The position numbers were made by a program, and so were the translations under genes. 64,000 nt of DNA from Hormiphora californensis. Its lineage: Eukaryota; Animalia; Ctenophora. Shown here in pieces: positions 52,257-62,985 of the stretch; within the stretch, counting starts at the first letter, position 1; each line of letters starts with the position of its first letter. The notes under the pieces were generated by a model that made no database searches, had not been told where the DNA came from, and saw only the letters and a program-made list of their open reading frames with translations. The stretch lies in contig CM035360.1 of NCBI GenBank assembly GCA_020137815.1, positions 8,007,556 to 8,071,555 of the forward strand, read 5' to 3'.

Positions 52257-54189
52257 GGGTAGACCGGGGTAATTTGGACGGTTTTGGCATTCAATTGGTA
52301 TTTCAAGAGCCATTAATTTAGTTAATCAATTAGTTAGCTACTCAATTTGTGCAACTGAACCTTTATCTTGAGCCTCAGAACAAATTTGAATCGAAAACAT
52401 AACTTTTAATTAGCTAATTAACCTTGTTAATGAAGGTAAGTCGGAATATTTTTGATCGCGAGACAGGGGGCAATTTGGACTAGTGGCTTCTAAACCAATC
52501 ACAATGCGCGCATTCGATCACGTGACCGCGACACACCACATTGCCCCAGCTGTAAATCTGCGATGTAAATCAGACCGAGGGTGGGGCTATTTGGACAAAC
52601 TTAGATTGTAGCCACAGTTTTTGAGATATCGATTTAAAACTTTTCAGTCATCTAGTAATTTAGTATCCCGTGCTATTCCTTTTTTCAAAATTAGTTAATT
52701 AAGTAGTAATTAGCCTAATTAACCAAAAAATTAAGTGTTCATCAGATCTATATCTATAGGGTGCATTTTCGAAAGCTCAGGATTAGCCTAGTTGACTAGA
52801 GAAAGATTTAATCTTATCCCAAATAGGGTTTTTGAGAAAATCGACATCAAAGATCAAAAAGCCACAAATAAAGCTACGGTTTTCAAAGGAATGATGTGTG
52901 TGTTTTCAGGTGCTTACAATGCCATAAATTACTATTATGGAGATCCAGTCTAATAAATAATGACAGTGGCCGATTCCCACTCAATGTATTAAGTTGGATT
53001 GTCGAATGCCACACCATGGATTGACTTGTTACCTTGGCAACCAGAGGATTGGTTGTAAAATGCGCCTTTTTTTCTAATTTTTGGTCTATTTACTCAGTTT
53101 TAGCCATCTATATTGATTGAATAGGATAATAATGAAAGCAGGTTGTCTATGGTTGCCATAGAAACGAGTATAATGGCGCCATGACGCCAATTTGTCTTAA
53201 CCAATTTGCCCCATGGGGCAATTTGGTCTAGTCCAAATTGCCCCATGGGGTAATCTGGATTATGACCGAATTGCCCCCGATTTTTTCGTCCGAATTGCCC
53301 CGCTTCATTAAAATGCCAATTAGCTAATTAAATCGAAAGCTAATGTCATTTTGATGATGAAACTGGATAATTAAGTTTACCGAAATAAAGTTTAACTTTA
53401 AAGTCGTCACTTTTCGTTATTTCACACTAAACACCACAATTTAAAAGTCCCATACAAATCACTAGTCCACATTGGTAAACATACACACACATTGAGCAGG
53501 CTCAATTTAGCTAATCACTGGCGGGGTATGGGGCTGAGGCACTGGCAAGATATAGTGGGATCGCTACTTCCCACATCTCATGTGTATCCCGAATTGCGAA
53601 TTTAAAAGGGTTGGGTGGTCTCTGGGACCGTCTAGACTTCGCTCCCTGTTAACATACCAGAAACCAGGGGTCCATCTAGCTCTCATACGCACTCGGCCAT
53701 TACTTTCCCAACCAGTAGTACTGGATTTCACATCCTCTTATACTCGCAATTCAGGATAGAGACAATCCTTGTGTTCTAATAGCGATCACCCCGTATATCT
53801 TGTCTCTATCCTGAATTGCGAGTATAAGAGGATGTGAAATCCAGTACTACTGGTTGGGAAAGTAATGGCCGAGTGCGTATGAGAGCTAGATGGACCCCTG
53901 GTTTCTGGTATGTTAACAGGGAGCGAAGTCTAGACGGTCCCAGAGACCACCCAACCCTTTTAAATTCGCAATTCGGGATACACATGAGATGTGGGAAGTA
54001 GCGATCCCACTATATCTTGCCAGTGCCTCAGCCCCATACCCCGCCAGTGATTAGCTAAATTGAGCCTGCTCAATGTGTGTGTATGTTTACTGATCTTCCT
54101 CCTGGTGTTCCAACCCCCTCTACTAATAGTCCACATTGCCCCGTCCTGTGAACACATTGCCCCACCGTCCAAATTACCCCGGTCTACCC
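52257..54189. mobile_element. TA-TSD non-autonomous DNA transposon (pogo-like) containing a palindromic insertion
   Basis: ta|GGGTAGACCGGGGTAATTTGGACGG...CCGTCCAAATTACCCCGGTCTACCC|ta. Confidence 0.87.
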
Positions 54190-55661
54190 TAGTCATATCT
54201 AGAGTTATGACTGTCTTAAATATAAGACGATTTTAAAAAGATCCGAGAAAAGAGCGAATTAGCATCTAGAAGCTGATTGTATCAGATATATCTGATTATT
54301 AATGCTTATCCGTGATCATTATCCATGACTAACAATTAAAATCATAAAATAATCGCGGAGAACCAATCGCGGATATCAATCGCGGATAACAAATAAATAA
54401 TAGTAGTCGTGGAGAACTATAACAAATATAACTTATCACGAATAAGTAATATAATAGTAACCAATCGCGGATAGCTAATTGCAGATAGCTAATCGCGATA
54501 GCTACTCGCGATAACTAATCGCAACAACTTATAACGGATACCTGATCACTGATCAGATCAGATATCTGCGGTTTGGTTTTCAGCTGTGATTACTATCATA
54601 TTAGTCATTCGCAATTGATATCCGAGATTGGATATCTGCGATTATTATGCGGCTACCTTCGATTGAAAAAGTCCGTGAATCCCCAGTCCGCGTTTATCAA
54701 ATTCAGCTAGTACATAGTGTTACAAAATGCATGTCATAGTATTATAACAAAATGCCTGATACTAGATCCAAAAACCAAACACCTTTGGTGGACAGCCGGG
54801 GCCGTAGAAATTAAAAAACGTGCGAAAGTTTTGATACATGAACTTTCGGAGCCTGGGGTGCTGTTAAATTCGTGTTTCCATGTAGTCAGCCTTTCTTTCA
54901 AAACACACTATTTTTCTGTAAAACAGACTCTGAAACGACCCATGTGTGGATCACATGTGTGGATCATATCTGTACGTATGATAATGTGGAATAAACAAGA
55001 ATCATTGCATTATGTATTCATGATATATAGTACATAACTCCCTCCCACGCGGGCATCTAATCAATAGACGCACTGCAGAGCAGTGCGTCTATTGAGCTGT
55101 AATGCACGGGTCCCGAAGGGACCGTGCATTACAGCCCTGTAAATCCCGAGCGTTAGCGAGGGGTTTACAGGTATATCTGCACGCAAGGGAGGGAGTTATG
55201 TTCTATAGACCCCGCTGGTGGGCACCTAGAAGCAAAACAAGCACAAACTAGGTGGTTGATACACAGAGAGCTCACACAATATTTTGAGTGGCGCCACTTT
55301 TTTATGTGGCGCCACTCCAGTGGTGTGGCGCCACTCCAGAAATCGGGTTTTTGTTGGCGCCACAAGTTAGCGCCAAATTCAACAACTGGCGCCAAACTCC
55401 ACCGCCATCTAAGTACCGCCAGAGCATGTATGGCGCCACTTCCGTGGTATGGCGCCACTCCCGACCGCCACATAGCGATTGCAACCGCCATGTGGCGATT
55501 GACTACCGCCATGGCGGGACTACCCCAATTTGGCGCCAATTTGGCGCCAAATGGCGCCAAAAAGTGCGCACGACCTTAACTACCATACTACCGAATTTTC
55601 CAGTAATTTTTATTTTACGATTGGTATATGTACAGTTTTTCTAACATGTATATTCCGTATA

Positions 55662-55717
55662 TTATAGCCTGAAGATGGTGCTGTGCGCCGAAATTGATAG
55701 CGTTATTCTACAATAAA
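55662..55717 (+). ncRNA. Candidate minimal hammerhead ribozyme of the Penelope-like-element type
   Basis: CTGAAGA-T-GGTGC(tgt)GCGCC-GAAA-TTG-ATA, followed by AATAAA; stem I is weak. Confidence 0.45.
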
Positions 55718-56236
55718 ATCCACGTCTACTCATTTGTCCAGCCGGAAGGAGAAAACAAAACTTCCTCACTGATAATAGAGATAGTTCGGTTTTTGTTATG
55801 TTCCGAGTCAGTGTGGAAGATGTAGATTTTCGAGATTATAAGTGAGCAGAGAGAGGGAGAATGAGAGTATTCTCATTGTAACTTATTATTTTGTTTTTAC
55901 GTTTTTGTTATGATTAGCAACATTTCAAATGCTGATTATACCATGATGAAAACAGTTTGTGAAAAAATAACACCTGTTTCAGTTTAGAGGTCGTGTCGAG
56001 GCTCCAAACAGATGTAACAAAAACTGGAACAATTGAGAGGGGTCGATGTAGTTATCGACTCTACTATCAGGGAAGGTAGTATTCCTTTGTGTTTCTCTAG
56101 ATAATGACAGGCGATACCATTACTTGGGTGTTTGTGTGGTGTAGTAGCGGCTTGTCTGTGTTCGAGAAAACGGTCATGAATAGGTCGTGATGTCTCCCCA
56201 AAATAGAAATCACCACATATACAACACGTGATGTTA

Positions 56237-56436
56237 CATGGGTGCTTGTAGTGAGAATACAGTATCGGTTCAACACGGTATCAGTGAAAAACGGTAAGAC
56301 AAGACCAATCAGAGCGCCAGATTGACAACACGTGACACCGAAAATATATGTATTTCAAATACATATGTATTTCAGAAACAGTAAAGGTCAAATACCGTAT
56401 TATTCAGACACCGTATTCCCACTACAAGCAGCACTG
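56237..56436. mobile_element. MITE family J with TTA TSD; second copy at 57090-57270
   Basis: CA...gcttgtagt / actacaagc...TG termini; tta duplicated in both copies. Confidence 0.78.
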
Positions 56437-56683
56437 TTATACACAACACCCTTCACGCTACAGTCATATAGTGTGAATTAGTAGAGTTAGAAAGGGGAAA
56501 TGAGATGCCATTTCCAGATCAAATTGACAAGAGTAACAAGCGAGAAACATATTACAAGTGGTAGGTGTACAGTGAATTAGTAGAGTTAGAAAGGGGAAAT
56601 GAGATGCCATTTCCAGATCAAATGGCAGCGGTATCAGGTGAATCAATTCAAATTCATTTTCTGTTACTAAAAGGCAGGCAATA

Positions 56684-57305
56684 GTGAGTCAATCCAACTT
56701 CACTCTGTCAACATGGGAACTCAGGTGAGTCAATCCAACTTCACTCTCTCAAGAAGGGGTTACCCGTGAGTCAACCCAACTTCACTCTCTCAAAAAGGGG
56801 TTACAAGTGAGTCAACCCAACTTCTCTCTCAAAAAGGGGTTACAAGTGAGTCAACCCAACTTCACTCTCTCAAAAAGGGGTTACAAGTGAGTCAACCCAA
56901 CTTCTCTCTCAAAAAGGGGTTACAAGTGAGTCAACCCAACTTCACTCTCTCAAAAAGGGGTTACACGTGAGTCAACCCAACTTCACTCTCTGATCAAAAA
57001 GAGGTCACAAGTGAGTCAATCCAACTTCACTCTCTCAAAAAGGGGTTACAAATGAATCAACCCAACTTCACTCTCTCAAAAAGGGGTTACAGTGCTGCTT
57101 GTAGTCAAATTACCGTAATGAAAATACAGTAAGGAGACGCGCACGGTACATAACGCGCGGCAAAAAGTTCATGTGTCAGCACGTACTAGCGCCCTGATTG
57201 GTCACGGTTGCGCGTCGTCTTACTGTATCTTTCGTTTTCCATTACCGTTTTCCCACTACAAGCGACCGTGTTACAAGTGAGTTAACCCAACTTCACTTGT
57301 TCAAA
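56684..57305. repeat. ~39-bp minisatellite
   Basis: About 11 units of gtgagtcaacccaacttcactctctcaaaaaggggttacaa; one unit is split by MITE J. Confidence 0.9.
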
Positions 57306-57975
57306 ATATGAGTACCAATTAGCGGTCAGTCCAACTCACTTGATAAAAATAGGTGCAGTAGTAGAAAGTGAGACAGTAACAACTGGTAGCATAAAGTGAG
57401 ACAGTAGCAACTGGCACTTGATCTGGTTTGATTGGCCTCGTTCTGAGATTGAGTCCATGTCAATGATGTGGTATATTTTTTGCTTAGAAGTAACACGTGA
57501 TCCGGTTTGATTGGCCTCATTTAGGAAGGTCTAGCTAGCTGGGATATTATAGTTATGAAATTGGACTTGAGTTCAATTGAAAGAGCTGGTGTCGGCTGAC
57601 ATAGTCTTAATCCTTAATTACAATCAGTAGTCATTGGATTTTATACATGGATTGCCGATTGATCCCAGAGATATTCGATTAATATCAATATTGGTATAAC
57701 AACATTGGTCACAGCTTGTATATCATTCTTTAGAGTTATAGAGTTTCGTGTATTTAGAATTATGAATTGAATAAAATCTCTCGGAACATGACGTCTAAAT
57801 ATCGCTTCATTCACCGAGTCCCTGTCTACCTACAGGTCAAGGGAGGGGGATGCGGTCTATCGCAGGGTTGGGTGACATGGACGTGTGTAAGTCGCTAATT
57901 GAGCAGCCCTACACTGCTATACCATCTTGCAGTCGTATCACGTGACCCTGGAGCGGGGAGAGAGCGCACCAGAAC

Positions 57976-60301
57976 GGATTCACCCCCTGGTGACCTACAA
58001 GCCTGTTGACCTACTCTCTGATTGGCCTAATCAGAGACCAGGAGTATGCGATCGGGCGAGTAGGTCATAAGGCCATACAGGTACTCGTTACCTACTGCTG
58101 AACTTCATCATAGTTTTGAATGGCAGAAACTAAAACACGTTGTTTCTCAAACAAAAACAAAAAATTCATTTTACACAATCAGTTTAGATATCCAATATTT
58201 TTACAGTACATAACATTCGCAATCCTTCCATAAAATGAAACACTCGTTTGTAGCCTTTTCTCCAGTTGCACATATACGTTCTTCCTCTTCTTTGGCGGTA
58301 GTGGCTTTCCCGTCAAGATATGCAGGATCATGGTATCCGTTTTAGCATTGAAAGTCCTCAGGATTTCCAACAGCCGCGGTATGGAAGGATGAGCGGAAGC
58401 TGCAGTATTATTTAACGCGTTGTTAGATCCCTCAGAGTAGTTGTTAGTCCTTGGGCTGCCAGAAAGGACTGCAGAGTGGACGTTCCACATGTTGATCGGG
58501 TAGACGGTTGGGTTGTAGATCCATTCCTTCTTCACGTACTCCAGGACAGGTAGAAAGTCAGGTCTTCTTCCTAGGTGATGTTGTAGTTCCATCCACACAG
58601 ATGTAACGTCAGTTGCTGGGACGAATGCTAATCCAAAGAGAGAATGAAGAGCCTCCTTGATAGTGGGATCATAGTCATTGGAGCCCTGTCGGTAACCGGG
58701 AACTTTCTGGAATCGGCGGATGAGGCACTGCTTCCAGTGAAATAGACAACCACAAATACAGGCTTCCGGGAAGATCTGGCGGATGGCATTGTGTTCCGCA
58801 ACTTCAAAATCAACCACCGCTTTTCCAACAGACATTCTCGGGCAAAGATCCTTTATGAACTGAAGGGCCTTCCTGTATGACGCTGTAGATTTGTCCTCTA
58901 GAAGGAAATATGCCAGGGGTGCAACCTCCTCGGTGTCGAACAGGAACGCCCGTACAATCCAAATCTGGGTGAAGAATTTGGGCGATGTTCGAAAAGTTCC
59001 ATCAATGAAGATGTGATGGTGATGCCGGTTCAGGGCCTCAATGGTTGACTCCGTGGCGAAACCGACAACTCTCTTGCCATTTGGTGTCGTCTCATCTCCA
59101 ATAATGAACAGGTCGTTGTTGGCGTCCTCACGGGCAGGTAAGTTGATGTCCGTAGTAGCTGCTGATGTGGCCAGGGACGCTGCGTATCCTCTATAGTTCT
59201 TGCGTTTTTTTCTCAGGGACTTCTTCAGTAACTTCTCATCCGGTAGTTTTGTCCTGATGGGGGCAGATGTGTCCTTCAGCAAGGAATTGACAATAATTCC
59301 AGGTGCCGCTAACTCCTTCACTGCTGTTGTCCGGACAATGGAGAGGAATTCTTGGGCTCCTGCAGTTATCCAGCATCCTTGGTGGGAATGAGGGTTCTCC
59401 TTTACCACCTCACTTCCATTAGTTGTCAGCCTTCCTTTACATACGGGATCATATTTTCTCCTATCCTTGCATGTCCAGGCACGGTTTCCGTTGTTCTGGT
59501 GCCGGTTGTGGGAGTAGATGTAGTCGTTGAAGATGACCTGGTCGCCACCGTTGCGTCCCTTTGTAAACTTTACAGTTTTACAAGCAGGGGATTGGGAGGG
59601 AGGAGATGGAGGAGGAGGAGGGGTTGATGAAGGAGAAGTAGGAGATGAAGGAGGAGGAGGAGGTGGAGGAGAAGTAGGAGATGAAGGAGGAGGAGGAGGA
59701 GGTGGAGGAGAAGTAGGAGATGAAGGAGTAGGAGGGGATGATGGAGTAGGAAGGGGCGATGGAGGTGCTATGGCCAGAAAAGAGTCCTCAGCGTTGTTGT
59801 AGGTATCCATTGCACAACGAAGTGCATTTGGTAAAGGAGATGATGTAGACATAATGATTGATTGATGACGAACGTATGACGTATACCGGTTTATATACTA
59901 TTCACTCTACTCTTGCTCTTAATGAATGCATTCCTATCATTTTCTTGTTTAGTGTACTACTCTTGCTCTTAGTGAATGCATTCCTATCATTTTCTTGTTT
60001 AGTGTGTATTGACAGGGTACGATGTACTGTCCAATCAGAGCGATTGATTAACTGATTGGGTCATCCGAATCGATATGAAAATACGCTTAGCTCTAGCTTC
60101 TATGGGTCATTGTCAATGAAACGGGGTCAGATTTCTGATTGGAGAAAAACACTATGATCAGTGTGATTGGTATGCCACACCTTGGAGTAGGTCACCAGGC
60201 TGGTAGGTAATTGCGACTTTTGGTCGCCGTGACCTACTGGTCCCCTAATTAGGGTTTACAGGAGTAGGTCACCAGGCTAGTAGGTCACCGGGGGAGGCAC
60301 C
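57976..60301 (-). mobile_element. Full-length Phantom-like MULE DNA transposon
   Basis: Imperfect TIRs built from ggtgacctac repeats at both ends; flanking duplication ccagaac(g); encloses the transposase ORF. Confidence 0.85.
58179..59852 (-). CDS. Mutator-like (MULE) transposase with FLYWCH zinc finger, 557 aa, uninterrupted ORF
   Basis: WTC...CKGRL...HSH FLYWCH motif; FIDGTF (D1), VVDFE (D2), GCLFHW (CxxH), RTNNYSEG (E); Pro/Ser-rich N-terminus. Confidence 0.93.
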   Translation of the reverse strand: MSTSSPLPNALRCAMDTYNNAEDSFLAIAPPSPLPTPSSPPTPSSPTSPPPPPPPPSSPTSPPPPPPPSSPTSPSSTPPPPPSPPSQSPACKTVKFTKGRNGGDQVIFNDYIYSHNRHQNNGNRAWTCKDRRKYDPVCKGRLTTNGSEVVKENPHSHQGCWITAGAQEFLSIVRTTAVKELAAPGIIVNSLLKDTSAPIRTKLPDEKLLKKSLRKKRKNYRGYAASLATSAATTDINLPAREDANNDLFIIGDETTPNGKRVVGFATESTIEALNRHHHHIFIDGTFRTSPKFFTQIWIVRAFLFDTEEVAPLAYFLLEDKSTASYRKALQFIKDLCPRMSVGKAVVDFEVAEHNAIRQIFPEACICGCLFHWKQCLIRRFQKVPGYRQGSNDYDPTIKEALHSLFGLAFVPATDVTSVWMELQHHLGRRPDFLPVLEYVKKEWIYNPTVYPINMWNVHSAVLSGSPRTNNYSEGSNNALNNTAASAHPSIPRLLEILRTFNAKTDTMILHILTGKPLPPKKRKNVYVQLEKRLQTSVSFYGRIANVMYCKNIGYLN

Positions 60302-60496
60302 CCAGAACGCGCTTGGGGGAGTTGTCAGCATTTGCGTAGACCCCAATCATTCAGGACGTCAGAACAGACCTTTATCATTGTCGTAGAGAAAATGAATGAC
60401 GTCTTCTTATTCAGCGCCAAAATCTCTATAAGTCAGTAAACAAAGTGGAATGGGCATATCTGGAGTGCGGACCCCTAGACTGGTGGCGGGTTTCCT

Positions 60497-61240
60497 CTAG
60501 CTGTTAACGTGGGTGGTTGGAGTTTGTGACTCAGTCACAGAGCCTGGGCCAGGGGGAACTTCAATGGATGGTTCAGGGAGGTGCTGTTCTTTGTAGGGGA
60601 CATCATCATCAGCACCATCTCCAGCGGTAGGGGGCTGGATGAATACTTCCGGCTGGCTAGTGTTATTTTCGTTAGTGGGCGATGGAGGTAATGGTGGCAA
60701 TAGGTTAGTTGGGATCGCAAAGGAAGGGTCACGGAGGTCGCCGGGGGGTGTAGGTTGAACATCATTCGATCCCTCTGGGAGTTTGATGAGGGAACTAGAT
60801 GATTGGGCGACACTAGGGACACCAACAGTCGGTCCGACGCACAAACTGCCATGGTAACCAGGGGTAGAGGACACCTTGGCATTTCCTGGAGGAGTAGGAG
60901 GCTTTATCGATGTTGCTGGGGGGAGAGGATTATCGAGCTTGACCGGGATCACCTGGAAGGAGCGTGGTGCATCCTGATCAAGGTTGGGGGCTCGATAAAG
61001 GGTGATACTATTGCCTGGCACAACTTCAGTGGGTATGTGGACTACTGCCAACGAGCCTAGAGGGACCTCCAGGATAAGGTTGTGAGTACTGGAGGATTTA
61101 GTTCTAGGGAAAATCTGCAGGGTGTCGCGTCCACCAAAATGGAGAAGGCAGAAACCAGGTTCTTGGGGCTCTAGAGAAGGGGGTTCATTTGAAGTGGCAG
61201 AGATGATACGAAGAGCATTCCACCTTGGTATCGAAGACAC
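60497..61240 (-). other. 247-codon ORF, probably a decayed retroelement ORF1-like region; possibly continuous with 63301-63801
   Basis: Open frame with a globular-looking N-terminal half and a Pro-rich tail; no diagnostic motif. Confidence 0.35.
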
Positions 61241-61824
61241 CTCACACTCTGTTTAGAGGTATCAGAAGGGCTTGACCTATTTTTATAGCGCGCCCAAAAC
61301 GTTATACTGAGCACTGAAAAGTTGTAGTCTACACTACATAGTTCTAGCTAAGGGGTTTGAGCCGCGCACAGGGCCACACCGAGACCAAATCTCGTTACTT
61401 TCCTGATTTCTTTGACACAAACAAGTATTGCAGAGCGGCCAATAGAGCTGGCGGTTTCAAACTTTGTCCGTATTCGGAGGGATAGATTAGCAGTTCAGTG
61501 TTTCAAACCAGGTTTAATTTGGCAAAGTAGAAGCTGAGTTACAACATGTTTTGTACAAATGGTTCAACTTCAAGACCTTTTTAATTTTGATGGCCAGACC
61601 TTTCAAGATAGAAACTTCAAACTTTGCCACGATCTTTGATATGATGTTAAGCATACCTGACCTACTTTTTCAAAATTTTTTTTCATCATTAACACCTAAA
61701 ACTGATTTCAAAACCAAGGTTACGGGGATAATTTTTTAAATATGAGTACAGAATTATAATATTCAGACAATTTGGTGGGGAATACCAAAATTTGGTGCAT
61801 TTTCATTGAGTGGTTGAGGAGCTA

Positions 61825-62985
61825 CAGTCGGACCCCGATTTAACGGCCCCCGATTTAGCGGCACCCCGATTTAACGGCAGGATAAATTTCCCCCAACAAT
61901 TTTTTGAAAATTTTTTTGAAGATTTTTTGAAAATTTTTTGAAAATTTTCCAAAGGTGTTTCAACCACGTCCGAATCGTGTTTCGAATCGGTGCATCTTAT
62001 TGCAGGTCTTACCCGTAATTAGACGGTTCGAAACGAACAGATATGTGATCCCCATGAGGCCAATCGAGTCGCAATTTTGACGCTTGTTAAACTGGCCCCA
62101 TGGGGATCACGTATCGGTTCGTTTCGAACCGTCTAATTAGCGACAGGACGTGCGATAAGATGCACTGATTCGAAACACGATTCGGACGTGGTTGATATAT
62201 CTTTGAAAAATTTTCATAACTTTTTTTTGGAAAATTTTACAGAACTAGCGCACCCATTGGGCTTTTTGATGACCCACCCGGCTTCGCCGGGCGGTTCTTT
62301 TCGCCACTTTCAACGTCAATAACACGGTTGCCATGGCAACTGAATTGGTAACTATGGTGACTGGCATGTTAAAAGTCATTCGAAAATATTAACAAACTTC
62401 CACTGGAAGTTCCAAAACTGTGAGCAACAGCTTTACAGCTTTGGTCACATAAAGTGTTTTATGAAGGAGCACTGTCGCGTAGAAACGCACTGAACGAACG
62501 ACCACTTCGACGTTCATCTCCAATTATAATAGAGATGATTGTCAATGCTTTGATCGGTGCTCCCCATGAATTTTCAGAGAAAAAGATATTTTGAAATTCG
62601 AATTCTTCCTCACCCCGCTTAAAGTGCCCCGATTCGGCATGGTATCACGTATCGGTTCGTTTCGAACCGTCTAATTAGCAGCAAGACATGCGATAAGATG
62701 CACTGATTCGATATACGATTCGGACGTAGTGATATACCAGTACACGTACCTTAGAAAATTTTTATAACTTTTTTTAAAATTTTTAAAATTATTTCATTTT
62801 TCTAACCAGAAATGATCTGTAATCATACATGGACAAAGCATTTACTTAGAGGTGTTTTAGTATAGTATTTTGGACAAAAATAGGGTTTTATGGGCCAAAT
62901 ATGCTCTACCCCGATTTAACGGATACCCCGATTTAACGGACAAAACCCTTTCCCCCGAGGGTGCCGTTAAATCGGGGTCCGACTG
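61825..62985. mobile_element. Complete family D Tc1/mariner-type non-autonomous element
   Basis: TA TSD; TIR cagtcggaccccgatttaacggc; subterminal ccccgatttaacgg repeats. Confidence 0.9.
62245..62535 (-). mobile_element. Non-autonomous Helitron
   Basis: On the minus strand A|TC...CTAG|T; subterminal hairpin cccggcgaagccggg; absent from the family D copy at ~12070. Confidence 0.88.

Noticed and set aside
39861-55592. One 15.7-kb transposon carrying exon 1 between matching ggtagtatggtagtt TIRs
   Set aside because: The flanks match only 6/8 (gaatcttt vs gaattttc), the interrupted family B sequence does not resume after 55592, and another right end exists at 46350; independent copies are more likely.
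56684-57305. Regular ~39-bp repeats (also 26795-27307 and 2569-3570) as a CRISPR-like array
   Set aside because: The units are head-to-tail with no unique spacers, there are no cas genes, and the context is eukaryotic; these are minisatellites.
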